The notes under the pieces were generated by a model. The model ran no database searches, was not told the origin of the DNA, and was given only the letters and a program-made list of their open reading frames with translations. Source: the human T2T-CHM13v2.0 reference genome, Homo sapiens. From it: a stretch of DNA of 64,000 nt. Numbering within the stretch: the stretch's first letter is position 1; each line of letters starts with the position of its first letter. The stretch is taken from assembly GCF_009914755.1 (NCBI RefSeq), contig NC_060925.1; one strand, given 5' to 3'. Positions 13,299 to 26,600 of the stretch are shown in pieces. Made by a program: the position numbers and the translations under genes.

Positions 13299-14620
13299 AT
13301 GGAATCGTCATCGAATGAATTCAATGCAATCAACGAATGGTCTCGAATGGAACCACCTCCAAATGGAATGGAATGGAATCATCGCATAGAATCGAATGGA
13401 ATTATCATCGAATAGATTCGAATGGAATCAACATCAAACGGGATCAAACGGAATTATCGAATGGAATCGAAGAGAATCATCGAACGGACTCGAATGGAAT
13501 CATCTAATGGAATGGCATGGAAGAATCCATGGACTCGAATGCAATCATCATCGAATGGAATCGAATGGAATCATTGAATGGACTCGAATGGAATAATCAT
13601 TGAATGGAATCGAATGGAATCATCATCGGATGGAAACGAATGGAATCATCAAATGGAATCAGATGGAATCATCATCAAATGGAATCGAATAGAATTATGG
13701 AATGAAATCCATTGTGATCATCATCGAATGGACTCGAATGGAATCATCATCCAATGGAAACTAATGGAATCAACATCGAATGGAATCGAATGGAAACTCC
13801 ATCGAATTGAATCGAATGGAATTATCATGAAATTGAAATGGATGGACTCATCATCGAATGGATTCGAATGGAATCATCGAATGAAATTGATTGAAATCAT
13901 CATCAAATGGAATCGAATGGAATCATTGAATGGAATCGAATGGAATCATCATCAGATGGAAATGAATGCAATCATCATAGAATGGAATCGAGTGGATTCA
14001 TTGAATGGAATCAGATGGAATCATCGAATGGACTTGAATGGAATCATTGAATGGACTCGAATGGAATCATTATTGAATGGAATTGAATGGAATCATCGAA
14101 TGGTCTCGAATGGAATCATTATCAAATGGAATCGAATGGAATCACCGAATAGAATCGAATGGAACAATCATCGAATGGACTCAAATGGACTTATCCTCAA
14201 ATGGAATCGAATGGAATTATCGAATGCAATCGAATGGAATAATCGAATGCAATCGAATAGAATCATCGAATGGACTTGAAGGGAATCATCGATTGAAATG
14301 GAATGGAATAGTCAATGAACTCGAATGGAATCATCATTGAATGGAATCTTCGAGTGGAATCGAATGGAATCATGATCAAATGGAATCGAATGTAATCATC
14401 ATCAAATGGAATCAAAAATAACCATCATCAATTGGTATTGAATGGAATTGTCATCAAACGGAATTCAAAGGAATCATCAACAAATGGAACCGAATGGAAT
14501 CCTCATTGAATGGAAATGAAAGGAGTCATCATCTAATGGAATCGCATGGAATCATCATCAAATGGAATCGAATGGAATCATCATCAAATGGAATCTAATG
14601 GAATCATTGAACGGAATTGA
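13299..14620 (-). repeat. Representative B unit (1322 bp)
   Basis: Diagnostic motifs: gaattcaatgc, ccacctcc, cgggatc, ccattgtg, aaactcca, cgagtggattc, gattgaaatggaatggaatagtcaatgaactc, aataacc, atcaacaaa. Confidence 0.93.
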
Positions 14621-17600
14621 ATGGAATCGTCATCGAATGAATTGAATGCAATCAACGAATGGTCTCGAATGGAACCACATCCAAATGGAATGGAATGGAA
14701 TCATCGCATAGAATCGAATGGAATTATCATGGAATGGACCCGAATGGAATCAACATCAAACGGAATCAAACGGAATTATCGAATGGAATCGAAGAGAATC
14801 ATCGAACGGGCTCGAATGGAATCATCTAATGGAATGGAATGGAAGAATCCATGGACTCGAATGCAATCATCATCGAATGGAATCGAATGGAATCATCGAA
14901 TGGACTCGAATGGAATAATCATTGAACGGAATCGAATGGAATCATCATCGGATGGAAACGAATGGAATCATCATCGAATGGAATCGAATGGGATCATCAA
15001 ATGGAATCAGATGGAATCATCATCAAATGGAATCGAATAGAATTATGGAATGAAATCCAATGTGATCATCATTGAATGGACTCGAATGGAATCATCATCC
15101 AATGGAAACTAATGGAATCAACATCGAATGGAATCGAATGGAAACACCATCGAATTGAAACGAATGGAATTGTCATGAAATTGAAATGGATGGACTCATC
15201 ATCGAATGGATTCGAATGGAATCATCGAATGAAATTGATTGAAATCATCATCAAATGGAATCGAAAGGAATCATTGAATGCAATCGAATGGAATCATCAT
15301 CAGATGGAAATGAATGGAATCATCATAGAATGGAATCGCATGGATTCATTGAATGGAATCAGATGGAATCATCGAATGGACTTGAATGGAATCGTTGAAT
15401 GGACTCGAATGGAATCATTATTGAATGGAATTGAATAGAATCATCGAATGGTCTCGAATGGAATCATTATCAAATGAAGTCGAATGGAATCACCGAATAG
15501 AATCGAATGGAACAATCATCGAATGGACTCAAATGGAATTATCTTCAAATGGAATCAAATGGATTTATCGAATGCAATCGAATGGAATTATCGAATGCAA
15601 TCGAATAGAATCATCGAATGGACTCGAATGGAATCATCGAATGGAATGCAATGGATTAATCCATGGACTCGAATTCAATCACCATCGAATACAATCGAAT
15701 GGAGTCATCGAATCGACTCAAATGGAATAATCATTGAATGGAATCGAATGGAATCATCGAGTGGAATCGAATGGAATCATGATCAAATGGAATCGAATGT
15801 AATCATCATCAAATGGAATCAAAAATAAACATCATCAATAGGTATTGAATGGAATTGTCATCAAACGGAATTCAAAGGTATCATCATCAAATGGAACCGA
15901 ATGGAATCCTCATTGAATGGAAATGAAAGGAGTCATCATCTAATGGAATCGCATGGAATCATCATCAAATGGAATCGAATGGAATCGTCATTAAATGGAA
16001 TCTAATGGAATCATTGAACAGAATTGAATGGAATCGTCATCGAATGAATTCAATGCAATCAACGAATGGTCTCGAATGGAACCACCTCCAAATGGAATGG
16101 AATGGAATCATCGCATAGAATCGAATGGAATTATCATCGAATGGATTCGAATGGAATCAACATCAAACGGGATCAAACGGAATTATCGAATGGAATCGAA
16201 GAGAATCATCGAACGGACTCGAATGGAATCATCTAATGGAATGGAATGGAAGAATCCATGGACTCGAACGCAATCATCATCGAATGGAATCGAATGGAAT
16301 CATTGAATGGACTCGAATGGAATAATCATTGAATGGAATCGAATGGAATCATCATCGGATGGAAACGAATGGAATCATCAAATGGAATCAGATGGAATCA
16401 TCATCAAATGGAATCGAATAGAATTATGGAATGAAATCCATTGTGATCATCATCGAATGGACTCGAATGGAATCATCATCCAATGGAAACTAATGGAATC
16501 AACATCGAATGGAATCGAATGGAAACTCCACCGAATTGAAACGAATGGAATTATCATGAAATTGAAATGGATGGACTCATCATCGAATGGATTCGAATGG
16601 AATCATCGAATGAAATTGATTGAAATCATCATCAAATGGAATCGAAAGGAATCATTGAATGGAATCGAATGGAATCATCATCAGATGCAAATGAATGCAA
16701 TCATCATAGAATGGAATCGAGTGGATTTATTGAATGGAATCAGATGGAATCATCGAATGGACTTGAATGGAATCATTGAATGGACTCGAATGGAATCATT
16801 ATTGAATGGAATTGAATGGAATCATCGAATGGTCTCGAATGGAATCATTATCAAATGGAATCGAATGGAATCACCGAATAGAATCGAATGGAACAATCAT
16901 CGAATGGACTCAAATGGAATTAACCTCAAATGGAATCGAATGGAATTATCGAATGCAATCGAATGGAATAATCGAATGCAATCGAATAGAATCATCGAAT
17001 GGACTTGAAGGGAATCATCGATTGAAATGGAATGGAATAGTCAATGAACTCGAATGGAATCATCATTGAATGGAATCTTCGAGTGGAATCGAATGGAATC
17101 ATGATCAAATGGAATCGAATGTAATCATCATCAAATGGAATCAAAAATAACCATCATCAATTGGTATTGAATGGAATTGTCATCAAACGGAATTCAAAGG
17201 AATCATCAACAAATGGAACCGAATGGAATCCTCATTGAATGGAAATGAAAGGAGTCATCATCTAATGGAATCGCATGGAATCATCATCAAATGGAATCGA
17301 ATGGAATCATCATCAAATGGAATCTAATGGAATCATTGAACGGAATTGAATGGAATCGTCATCGAATGAATTGAATGCAATCAACGAATGGTCTCGAATG
17401 GAACCACATCCAAATGGAATGGAATGGAATCATCGCATAGAATCGAATGGAATTATCATGGAATGGACCCGAATGGAATCAACATCAAACGGAATCAAAC
17501 GGAATTATCGAATGGAATCGAAGAGAATCATCGAACGGGCTCGAATGGAATCATCTAATGGAATGGAATGGAAGAATCCATGGACTCGAATGCAATCATC

Positions 17601-20600
17601 ATCGAATGGAATCGAATGGAATCATCGAATGGACTCGAATGGAATAATCATTGAACGGAATCGAATGGAATCATCATCGGATGGAAACGAATGGAATCAT
17701 CATCGAATGGAATCGAATGGGATCATCAAATGGAATCAGATGGAATCATCATCAAATGGAATCGAATAGAATTATGGAATGAAATCCAATGTGATCATCA
17801 TTGAATGGACTCGAATGGAATCATCATCCAATGGAAACTAATGGAATCAACATCGAATGGAATCGAATGGAAACACCATCGAATTGAAACGAATGGAATT
17901 GTCATGAAATTGAAATGGATGGACTCATCATCGAATGGATTCGAATGGAATCATCGAATGAAATTGATTGAAATCATCATCAAATGGAATCGAAAGGAAT
18001 CATTGAATGCAATCGAATGGAATCATCATCAGATGGAAATGAATGGAATCATCATAGAATGGAATCGCATGGATTCATTGAATGGAATCAGATGGAATCA
18101 TCGAATGGACTTGAATGGAATCGTTGAATGGACTCGAATGGAATCATTATTGAATGGAATTGAATAGAATCATCGAATGGTCTCGAATGGAATCATTATC
18201 AAATGAAGTCGAATGGAATCACCGAATAGAATCGAATGGAACAATCATCGAATGGACTCAAATGGAATTATCTTCAAATGGAATCAAATGGATTTATCGA
18301 ATGCAATCGAATGGAATTATCGAATGCAATCGAATAGAATCATCAAATGGACTCGAATGGAATCATCGAATGGAATGCAATGGATTAATCCATGGACTCG
18401 AATTCAATCACCATCGAATACAATCGAATGGAGTCATCGAATCGACTCAAATGGAATAATCATTGAATGGAATCGAATGGAATCATCGAGTGGAATCGAA
18501 TGGAATCATGATCAAATGGAATCGAATGTAATCATCATCAAATGGAATCAAAAATAAACATCATCAATAGGTATTGAATGGAATTGTCATCAAACGGAAT
18601 TCAAAGGTATCATCATCAAATGGAACCGAATGGAATCCTCATTGAATGGAAATGAAAGGAGTCATCATCTAATGGAATCGCATGGAATCATCATCAAATG
18701 GAATCGAATGGAATCGTCATTAAATGGAATCTAATGGAATCATTGAACAGAATTGAATGGAATCGTCATCGAATGAATTCAATGCAATCAACGAATGGTC
18801 TCGAATGGAACCACCTCCAAATGGAATGGAATGGAATCATCGCATAGAATCGAATGGAATTATCATCGAATAGATTCGAATGGAATCAACATAAAACGGG
18901 ATCAAACGGAATTATCGAATGGAATCGAAGAGAATCATCGAACGGACTCGAATGGAATCATCTAATGGAATGGAATGGAAGAATCCATGGACTCGAATGC
19001 AATCATCATCGAATGGAATCGAATGGAATCATTGAATGGACTCGAATGGAATAATCATTGAATGGAATCGAATGGAATCATCATCGGATGGAAACGAATG
19101 GAATCATCAAATGGAATCAGATGGAATCATCATCAAATGGAATCGAATAGAATTATGGAATGAAATCCATTGTGATCATCATCGAATGGACTCGAATGGA
19201 ATCATCATCCAATGGAAACTAATGGAATCAACATCGAATGGAATCGAATGGAAACTCCACCGAATTGAAACGAATGGAATTATCATGAAATTGAAATGGA
19301 TGGACTCATCATCGAATGGATTCGAATGGAATCATCGAATGAAATTGATTGAAATCATCATCAAATGGAATCGAAAGGAATCATTGAATGGAATCGAATG
19401 GAATCATCATCAGATGCAAATGAATGCAATCATCATAGAATGGAATCGAGTGGATTCATTGAATGGAATCAGATGGAATCATCGAATGGACTTGAATGGA
19501 ATCATTGAATGGACTCGAATGGAATCATTATTGAATGGAATTGAATGGAATCATCGAATGGTCTCGAATGGAATCATTATCAAATGGAATCGAATGGAAT
19601 CACCGAATAGAATCGAATGGAACAATCATCGAATGGACTCAAATGGAATTATCCTCAAATGGAATCCAATGGAATTATCGAATGCAATCGAATGGAATAA
19701 TCGAATGCAATCGAATAGAATCATCGAATGGACTTGAAGGGAATCATCGATTGAAATGGAATGGAATAGTCAATGAACTCGAATGGAATCATCATTGAAT
19801 GGAATCATCGAGTGGAATCGAATGGAATCATGATCAAATGGAATCGAATGTAATCATCATCAAATGGAATCAAAAATAACCATCATCAATTGGTATTGAA
19901 TGGAATTGTCATCAAACGGAATTCAAAGGAATCATCAACAAATGGAACCGAATGGAATCCTCATTGAATGGAAATGAAAGGAGTCATCATCTAATGGAAT
20001 CGCATGGAATCATCATCAAATGGAATCGAATGGAATCATCATCAAATGGAATCTAATGGAATCATTGAACGGAATTGAATGGAATCGTCATCGAATGAAT
20101 TGAATGCAATCAACGAATGGTCTCGAATGGAACCACATCCAAATGGAATGGAATGGAATCATCGCATAGAATCGAATGGAATTATCATGGAATGGACCCG
20201 AATGGAATCAACATCAAACGGAATCAAACGGAATTATCGAATGGAATCGAAGAGAATCATCGAACGGGCTCGAATGGAATCATCTAATGGAATGGAATGG
20301 AAGAATCCATGGACTCGAATGCAATCATCATCGAATGGAATCGAATGGAATCATCGAATGGACTCGAATGGAATAATCATTGAACGGAATCGAATGGAAT
20401 CATCATCGGATGGAAACGAATGGAATCATCATCGAATGGAATCGAATGGGATCATCAAATGGAATCAGATGGAATCATCATCAAATGGAATCGAATAGAA
20501 TTATGGAATGAAATCCAATGTGATCATCATTGAATGGACTCGAATGGAATCATCATCCAATGGAAACTAATGGAATCAACATCGAATGGAATCGAATGGA

Positions 20601-23600
20601 AACACCATCGAATTGAAACGAATGGAATTGTCATGAAATTGAAATGGATGGACTCATCATCGAATGGATTCGAATGGAATCATCGAATGAAATTGATTGA
20701 AATCATCATCAAATGGAATCGAAAGGAATCATTGAATGCAATCGAATGGAATCATCATCAGATGGAAATGAATGGAATCATCATAGAATGGAATCGCATG
20801 GATTCATTGAATGGAATCAGATGGAATCATCGAATGGACTTGAATGGAATCGTTGAATGGACTCGAATGGAATCATTATTGAATGGAATTGAATAGAATC
20901 ATCGAATGGTCTCGAATGGAATCATTATCAAATGAAGTCGAATGGAATCACCGAATAGAATCGAATGGAACAATCATCGAATGGACTCAAATGGAATTAT
21001 CCTCAAATGGAATAAAAAGGATTTATCGAATGCAATCGAATGGAATTATCGAATGAAATCGAATAGAATCATCGAATGGACTCGAATGGAATCATCGAAT
21101 GGAATGCAATGGATTAATCCATGGACTCGAATTCAATCACCATCGAATACAATCGAATGGAGTCATCGAATCGACTCAAATGGAATAATCATTGAATGGA
21201 ATCGAATGGAATCATCGAGTGGAATCGAATGGAATCATGATCAAATGGAATCGAATGTAATCATCATCAAATGGAATCAAAAATAAACATCATCAATAGG
21301 TATTGAATGGAATTGTCATCAAACGGAATTCAAAGGAATCATCATCAAATGGAACCGAATGGAATCCTCATTGAATGGAAATGAAAGGAGTCATCATCTA
21401 ATGGAATCGCATGGAATCATCATCAAATGGAATCGAATGGAATCGTCATTAAATGGAATCTAATGGAATCATTGAACGGAATTGAATGGAATCGTCATCG
21501 AATGAATTCAATGCAATCAACGAATGGTCTCGAATGGAACCACCTCCAAATGGAATGGAATGGAATCATCGCATAGAATCGAATGGAATTATCATCGAAT
21601 AGATTCGAATGGAATCAACATCAAACGGGATCAAACGGAATTATCGAATGGAATCGAAGAGAATCATCGAACGGACTCGAATGGAATCATCTAATGGAAT
21701 GGAATGGAAGAATCCATGGACTCGAATGCAATCATCATCGAATGGAATCGAATGGAATCATTGAATGGACTCGAATGGAATAATCATTGAATGGAATCGA
21801 ATGGAATCATCATCGGATGGAAACGAATGGAATCATCAAATGGAATCAGATGGAATCATCATCAAATGGAATCGAATAGAATTATGGAATGAAATCCATT
21901 GTGATCATCATCGAATGGACTCGAATGGAATCATCATCCAATGGAAACTAATGGAATCAACATCGAATGGAATCGAATGGAAACTCCATCGAATTGAAAC
22001 GAATGGAATTATCATGAAATTGAAATGGATGGACTCATCATCGAATGGATTCGAATGGAATCATCGAATGAAATTGATTGAAATCATCATCAAATGGAAT
22101 CGAATGGAATCATTGAATGGAATCGAATGGAATCATCATCAGATGCAAATGAATGCAATCATCATAGAATGGAATCGAGTGGATTCATTGAATGGAATCA
22201 GATGGAATCATCGAATGGACTTGAATGGAATCATTGAATTGACTCGAATGGAATCATTATTGAATGGAATTGAATGGAATCATCGAATGGTCTCGAATGG
22301 AATCATTATCAAATGGAATCGAATGGAATCACCGAATAGAATCGAATGGAACAATCATCGAATGGACTGAAATGGAATTATCCTCAAATGGAATCGAATG
22401 GAATTATCAAATGCAATCGAATGGAATAATCGAATGCAATCGAATAGAATCATCGAATGGACTTGAAGGGAATCATCGATTGAAATGGAATGGAATAGTC
22501 AATGAACTCGAATGGAATCATCATTGAATGGAATCATCGAGTGGAATCGAATGGAATCATGATCAAATGGAATCGAATGTAATCATCATCAAATGGAATC
22601 AAAAATAACCATCATCAATTGGTATTGAATGGAATTGTCATCAAACGGAATTCAAAGGAATCATCAACAAATGGAACCGAATGGAATCCTCATTGAATGG
22701 AAATGAAAGGAGTCATCATCTAATGGAATCGCATGGAATCATCATCAAATGGAATCGAATGGAATCATCATCAAATGGAATCTAATGGAATCATTGAACG
22801 GAATTGAATGGAATCGTCATCGAATGAATTGAATGCAATCAACGAACGGTCTCGAATGGAACCACATCCAAATGGAATGGAATGGAATCATCGCATAGAA
22901 TCGAATGGAATTATCATGGAATGGACCCGAATGGAATCAACATCAAACGGAATCAAACGGAATTATCGAATGGAATCGAAGAGAATCATCGAACGGGCTC
23001 GAATGGAATCATCTAATGGAATGGAATGGAAGAATCCATGGACTCGAATGCAATCATCATCGAATGGAATCGAATGGAATCATCGAATGGACTCGAATGG
23101 AATAATCATTGAACGGAATCGAATGGAATCATCATCGGATGGAAACGAATGGAATCATCATCGAATGGAATCGAATGGGATCATCAAATGGAATCAGATG
23201 AAATCATCATCAAATGGAATCGAATAGAATTATGGAATGAAATCCAATGTGATCATCATTGAATGGACTCGAATGGAATCATCATCCAATGGAAACTAAT
23301 GGAATCAACATCGAATGGAATCGAATGGAAACACCATCGAATTGAAACGAATGGAATTGTCATGAAATTGAAATGGATGGACTCATCATCGAATGGATTC
23401 GAATGGAATCATCGAATGAAATTGATTGAAATCATCATCAAATGGAATCGAAAGGAATAATTGAATGCAATCGAATGGAATCATCATCAGATGGAAATGA
23501 ATGCAATCATCATAGAATGGAATCGCATGGATTCATTGAATGGAATCAGATGGAATCATCGAATGGACTTGAATGGAATCGTTGAATGGACTCGAATGGA

Positions 23601-26600
23601 ATCATTATTGAATGGAATTGAATAGAATCATCGAATGGTCTCGAATGGAATCATTATCAAATGAAGTCGAATGGAATCACCGAATAGAATCGAATGGAAC
23701 AATCATCGAATGGACTCAAATGGAATTATCTTCAAATGGAATCAAATGGATTTATCGAATGCAATCGAATGGAATTATCGAATGCAATCGAATAGAATCA
23801 TCGAATGGACTCGAATGGAATCATCGAATGGAATGCAATGGATTAATCCATGGACTCGAATTCAATCACCATCGAATACAATCGAATGGAGTCATCGAAT
23901 CGACTCAAATGGAATAATCATTGAATGGAATCGAATGGAATCATCGAGTGGAATCGAATGGAATCATGATCAAATGGAATCGAATGTAATCATCATCAAA
24001 AGGAATCAAAAATAAACATCATCAATAGGTATTGAATGGAATTGTCATCAAACGGAATTCAAAGGAATCATCATCAAATGGAACCGAATGGAATCCTCAT
24101 TGAATGGAAATGAAAGGAGTCATCATCTAATGGAATCGCATGGAATCATCATCAAATGGAATCGAATGGAATCGTCATTAAATGGAATCTAATGGAATCA
24201 TTGAACGGAATTGAATGGAATCGTCATCGAATGAATTCAATGCAATCAACGAATGGTCTCGAATGGAACCACCTCCAAATGGAATGGAATGGAATCATCG
24301 CATGGAATCGAATGGAATTATCATCGAATGGATTCGAATGGAATCAACATCAAACGGGTTCAAACGGAATTATCGAATGGAATCGAAGAGAATCATCGAA
24401 CGGACTCGAATGGAATCATCTAATGGAATGGAATGGAAGAATCCATGGACTCGAATGCAATCATCATCGAATGGAATCGAATGGAATCATTGAATGGACT
24501 CGAATGGAATAATCATTGAATGGAATCGAATGGAATCATCATCGGATGGAAACGAATGGAATCATCAAATGGAATCAGATGGAATCATCATCAAATGGAA
24601 TCGAATAGAATTATGGAATGAAATCCATTGTGATCATCATCGAAGGGACTCGAATGGAATCATCATCCAATGGAAACTAATGGAATCAACATCGAATGGA
24701 ATCGAATGGAAACTCCATCGAATTGAATCGAATGGAATTATCATGAAATTGAAATGGATGGACTCATCATCGAATGGATTCGAATGGAATCATCGAATGA
24801 AATTGATTGAAATCATCATCTAATGGAATCGAATGGAATCATTGAATGGAATCGAATGGAATCATCATCAGATGCAAATGAATGCAATCATCATAGAATG
24901 GAATCGAGTGGATTCATTGAATGGAATCAGATGGAATCATCGAATGGACTTGAATGGAATCATTGAATGGACTCGAATGGAATCATTATTGAATGGAATT
25001 GAATGGAATCATCGAATGGTCTCGAATGGAATCATTATCAAATGGAATCGAATGGAATCACCGAATAGAATCGAATGGAACAATCATCGAATGGACTCAA
25101 ATGGAATTATCCTCAAATGGAATCGAATGGAATTATCGAATGCAATCGAATGGAATAATCGAATGCAATCGAATAGAATCATCGAATGGACTTGAAGGGA
25201 ATCATCGATTGAAATGGAATGGAATAGTCAATGAACTCGAATGGAATCATCATTGAATGGAATCATCGAGTGGAATCGAATGGAATCATGATCAAATGGA
25301 ATCGAATGTAATCATCATCAAATGGAATCAAAAATAACCATCATCAATTGGTATTGAATGGAATTGTCATCAAACGGAATTCAAAGGAATCATCAACAAA
25401 TGGAACCGAATGGAATCCTCATTGAATGGAAATGAAAGGAGTCATCATCTAATGGAATCGCATGGAATCATCATCAAATGGAATCGAATGGAATCATCAT
25501 CAAATGGAATCTAATGGAATCATTGAACGGAATTGAATGGAATCGTCATCGAATGAATTGAATGCAATCAACGAATGGTCTCGAATGGAACCACATCCAA
25601 ATGGAATGGAATGGAATCATCGCATAGAATCGAATGGAATTATCATGGAATGGACCCGAATGGAATCAACATCAAACGGAATCAAACGGAATTATCGAAT
25701 GGAATCGAAGAGAATCATCGAACGGGCTCGAATGGAATCATCTAATGGAATGGAATGGAAGAATCCATGGACTCGAATGCAATCATCATCGAATGGAATC
25801 GAATGGAATCATCGAATGGACTCGAATGGAATAATCATTGAACGGAATCGAATGGAATCATCATCGGATGGAAACGAATGGAATCATCATCGAATGGAAT
25901 CGAATGGGATCATCAAATGGAATCAGATGGAATCATCATCAAATGGAATCGAATAGAATTATGGAATGAAATCCAATGTGATCATCATTGAATGGACTCG
26001 AATGGAATCATCATCCAATGGAAACTAATGGAATCAACATCGAATGGAATCGAATGGAAACACCATCGAATTGAAACGAATGGAATTGTCATGAAATTGA
26101 AATGGATGGACTCATCATCGAATGGATTCGAATGGAATCATCGAATGAAATTGATTGAAATCATCATCAAATGGAATCGAAAGGAATCATTGAATGCAAT
26201 CGAATGGAATCATCATCAGATGGAAATGAATGCAATCATCATAGAATGGAATCGCATGGATTCATTGAATGGAATCAGATGGAATCATCGAATGGACTTG
26301 AATGGAATCGTTGAATGGACTCGAATGGAATCATTATTGAATAGAATTGAATAGAATCATCGAATGGTCTCGAATGGAATCATTATCAAATGAAGTCGAA
26401 TGGAATCACCGAATAGAATCGAATGGAACAATCATCGAATGGACTCAAATGGAATTATCTTCAAATGGAATCAAATGGATTTATCGAATGCAATCGAATG
26501 GAATTATCGAATGCAATCGAATAGAATCATCGAATGGACTCGAATGGAATCATCGAATGGAATGCAATGGATTAATCCATGGACTCGAATTCAATCACCA

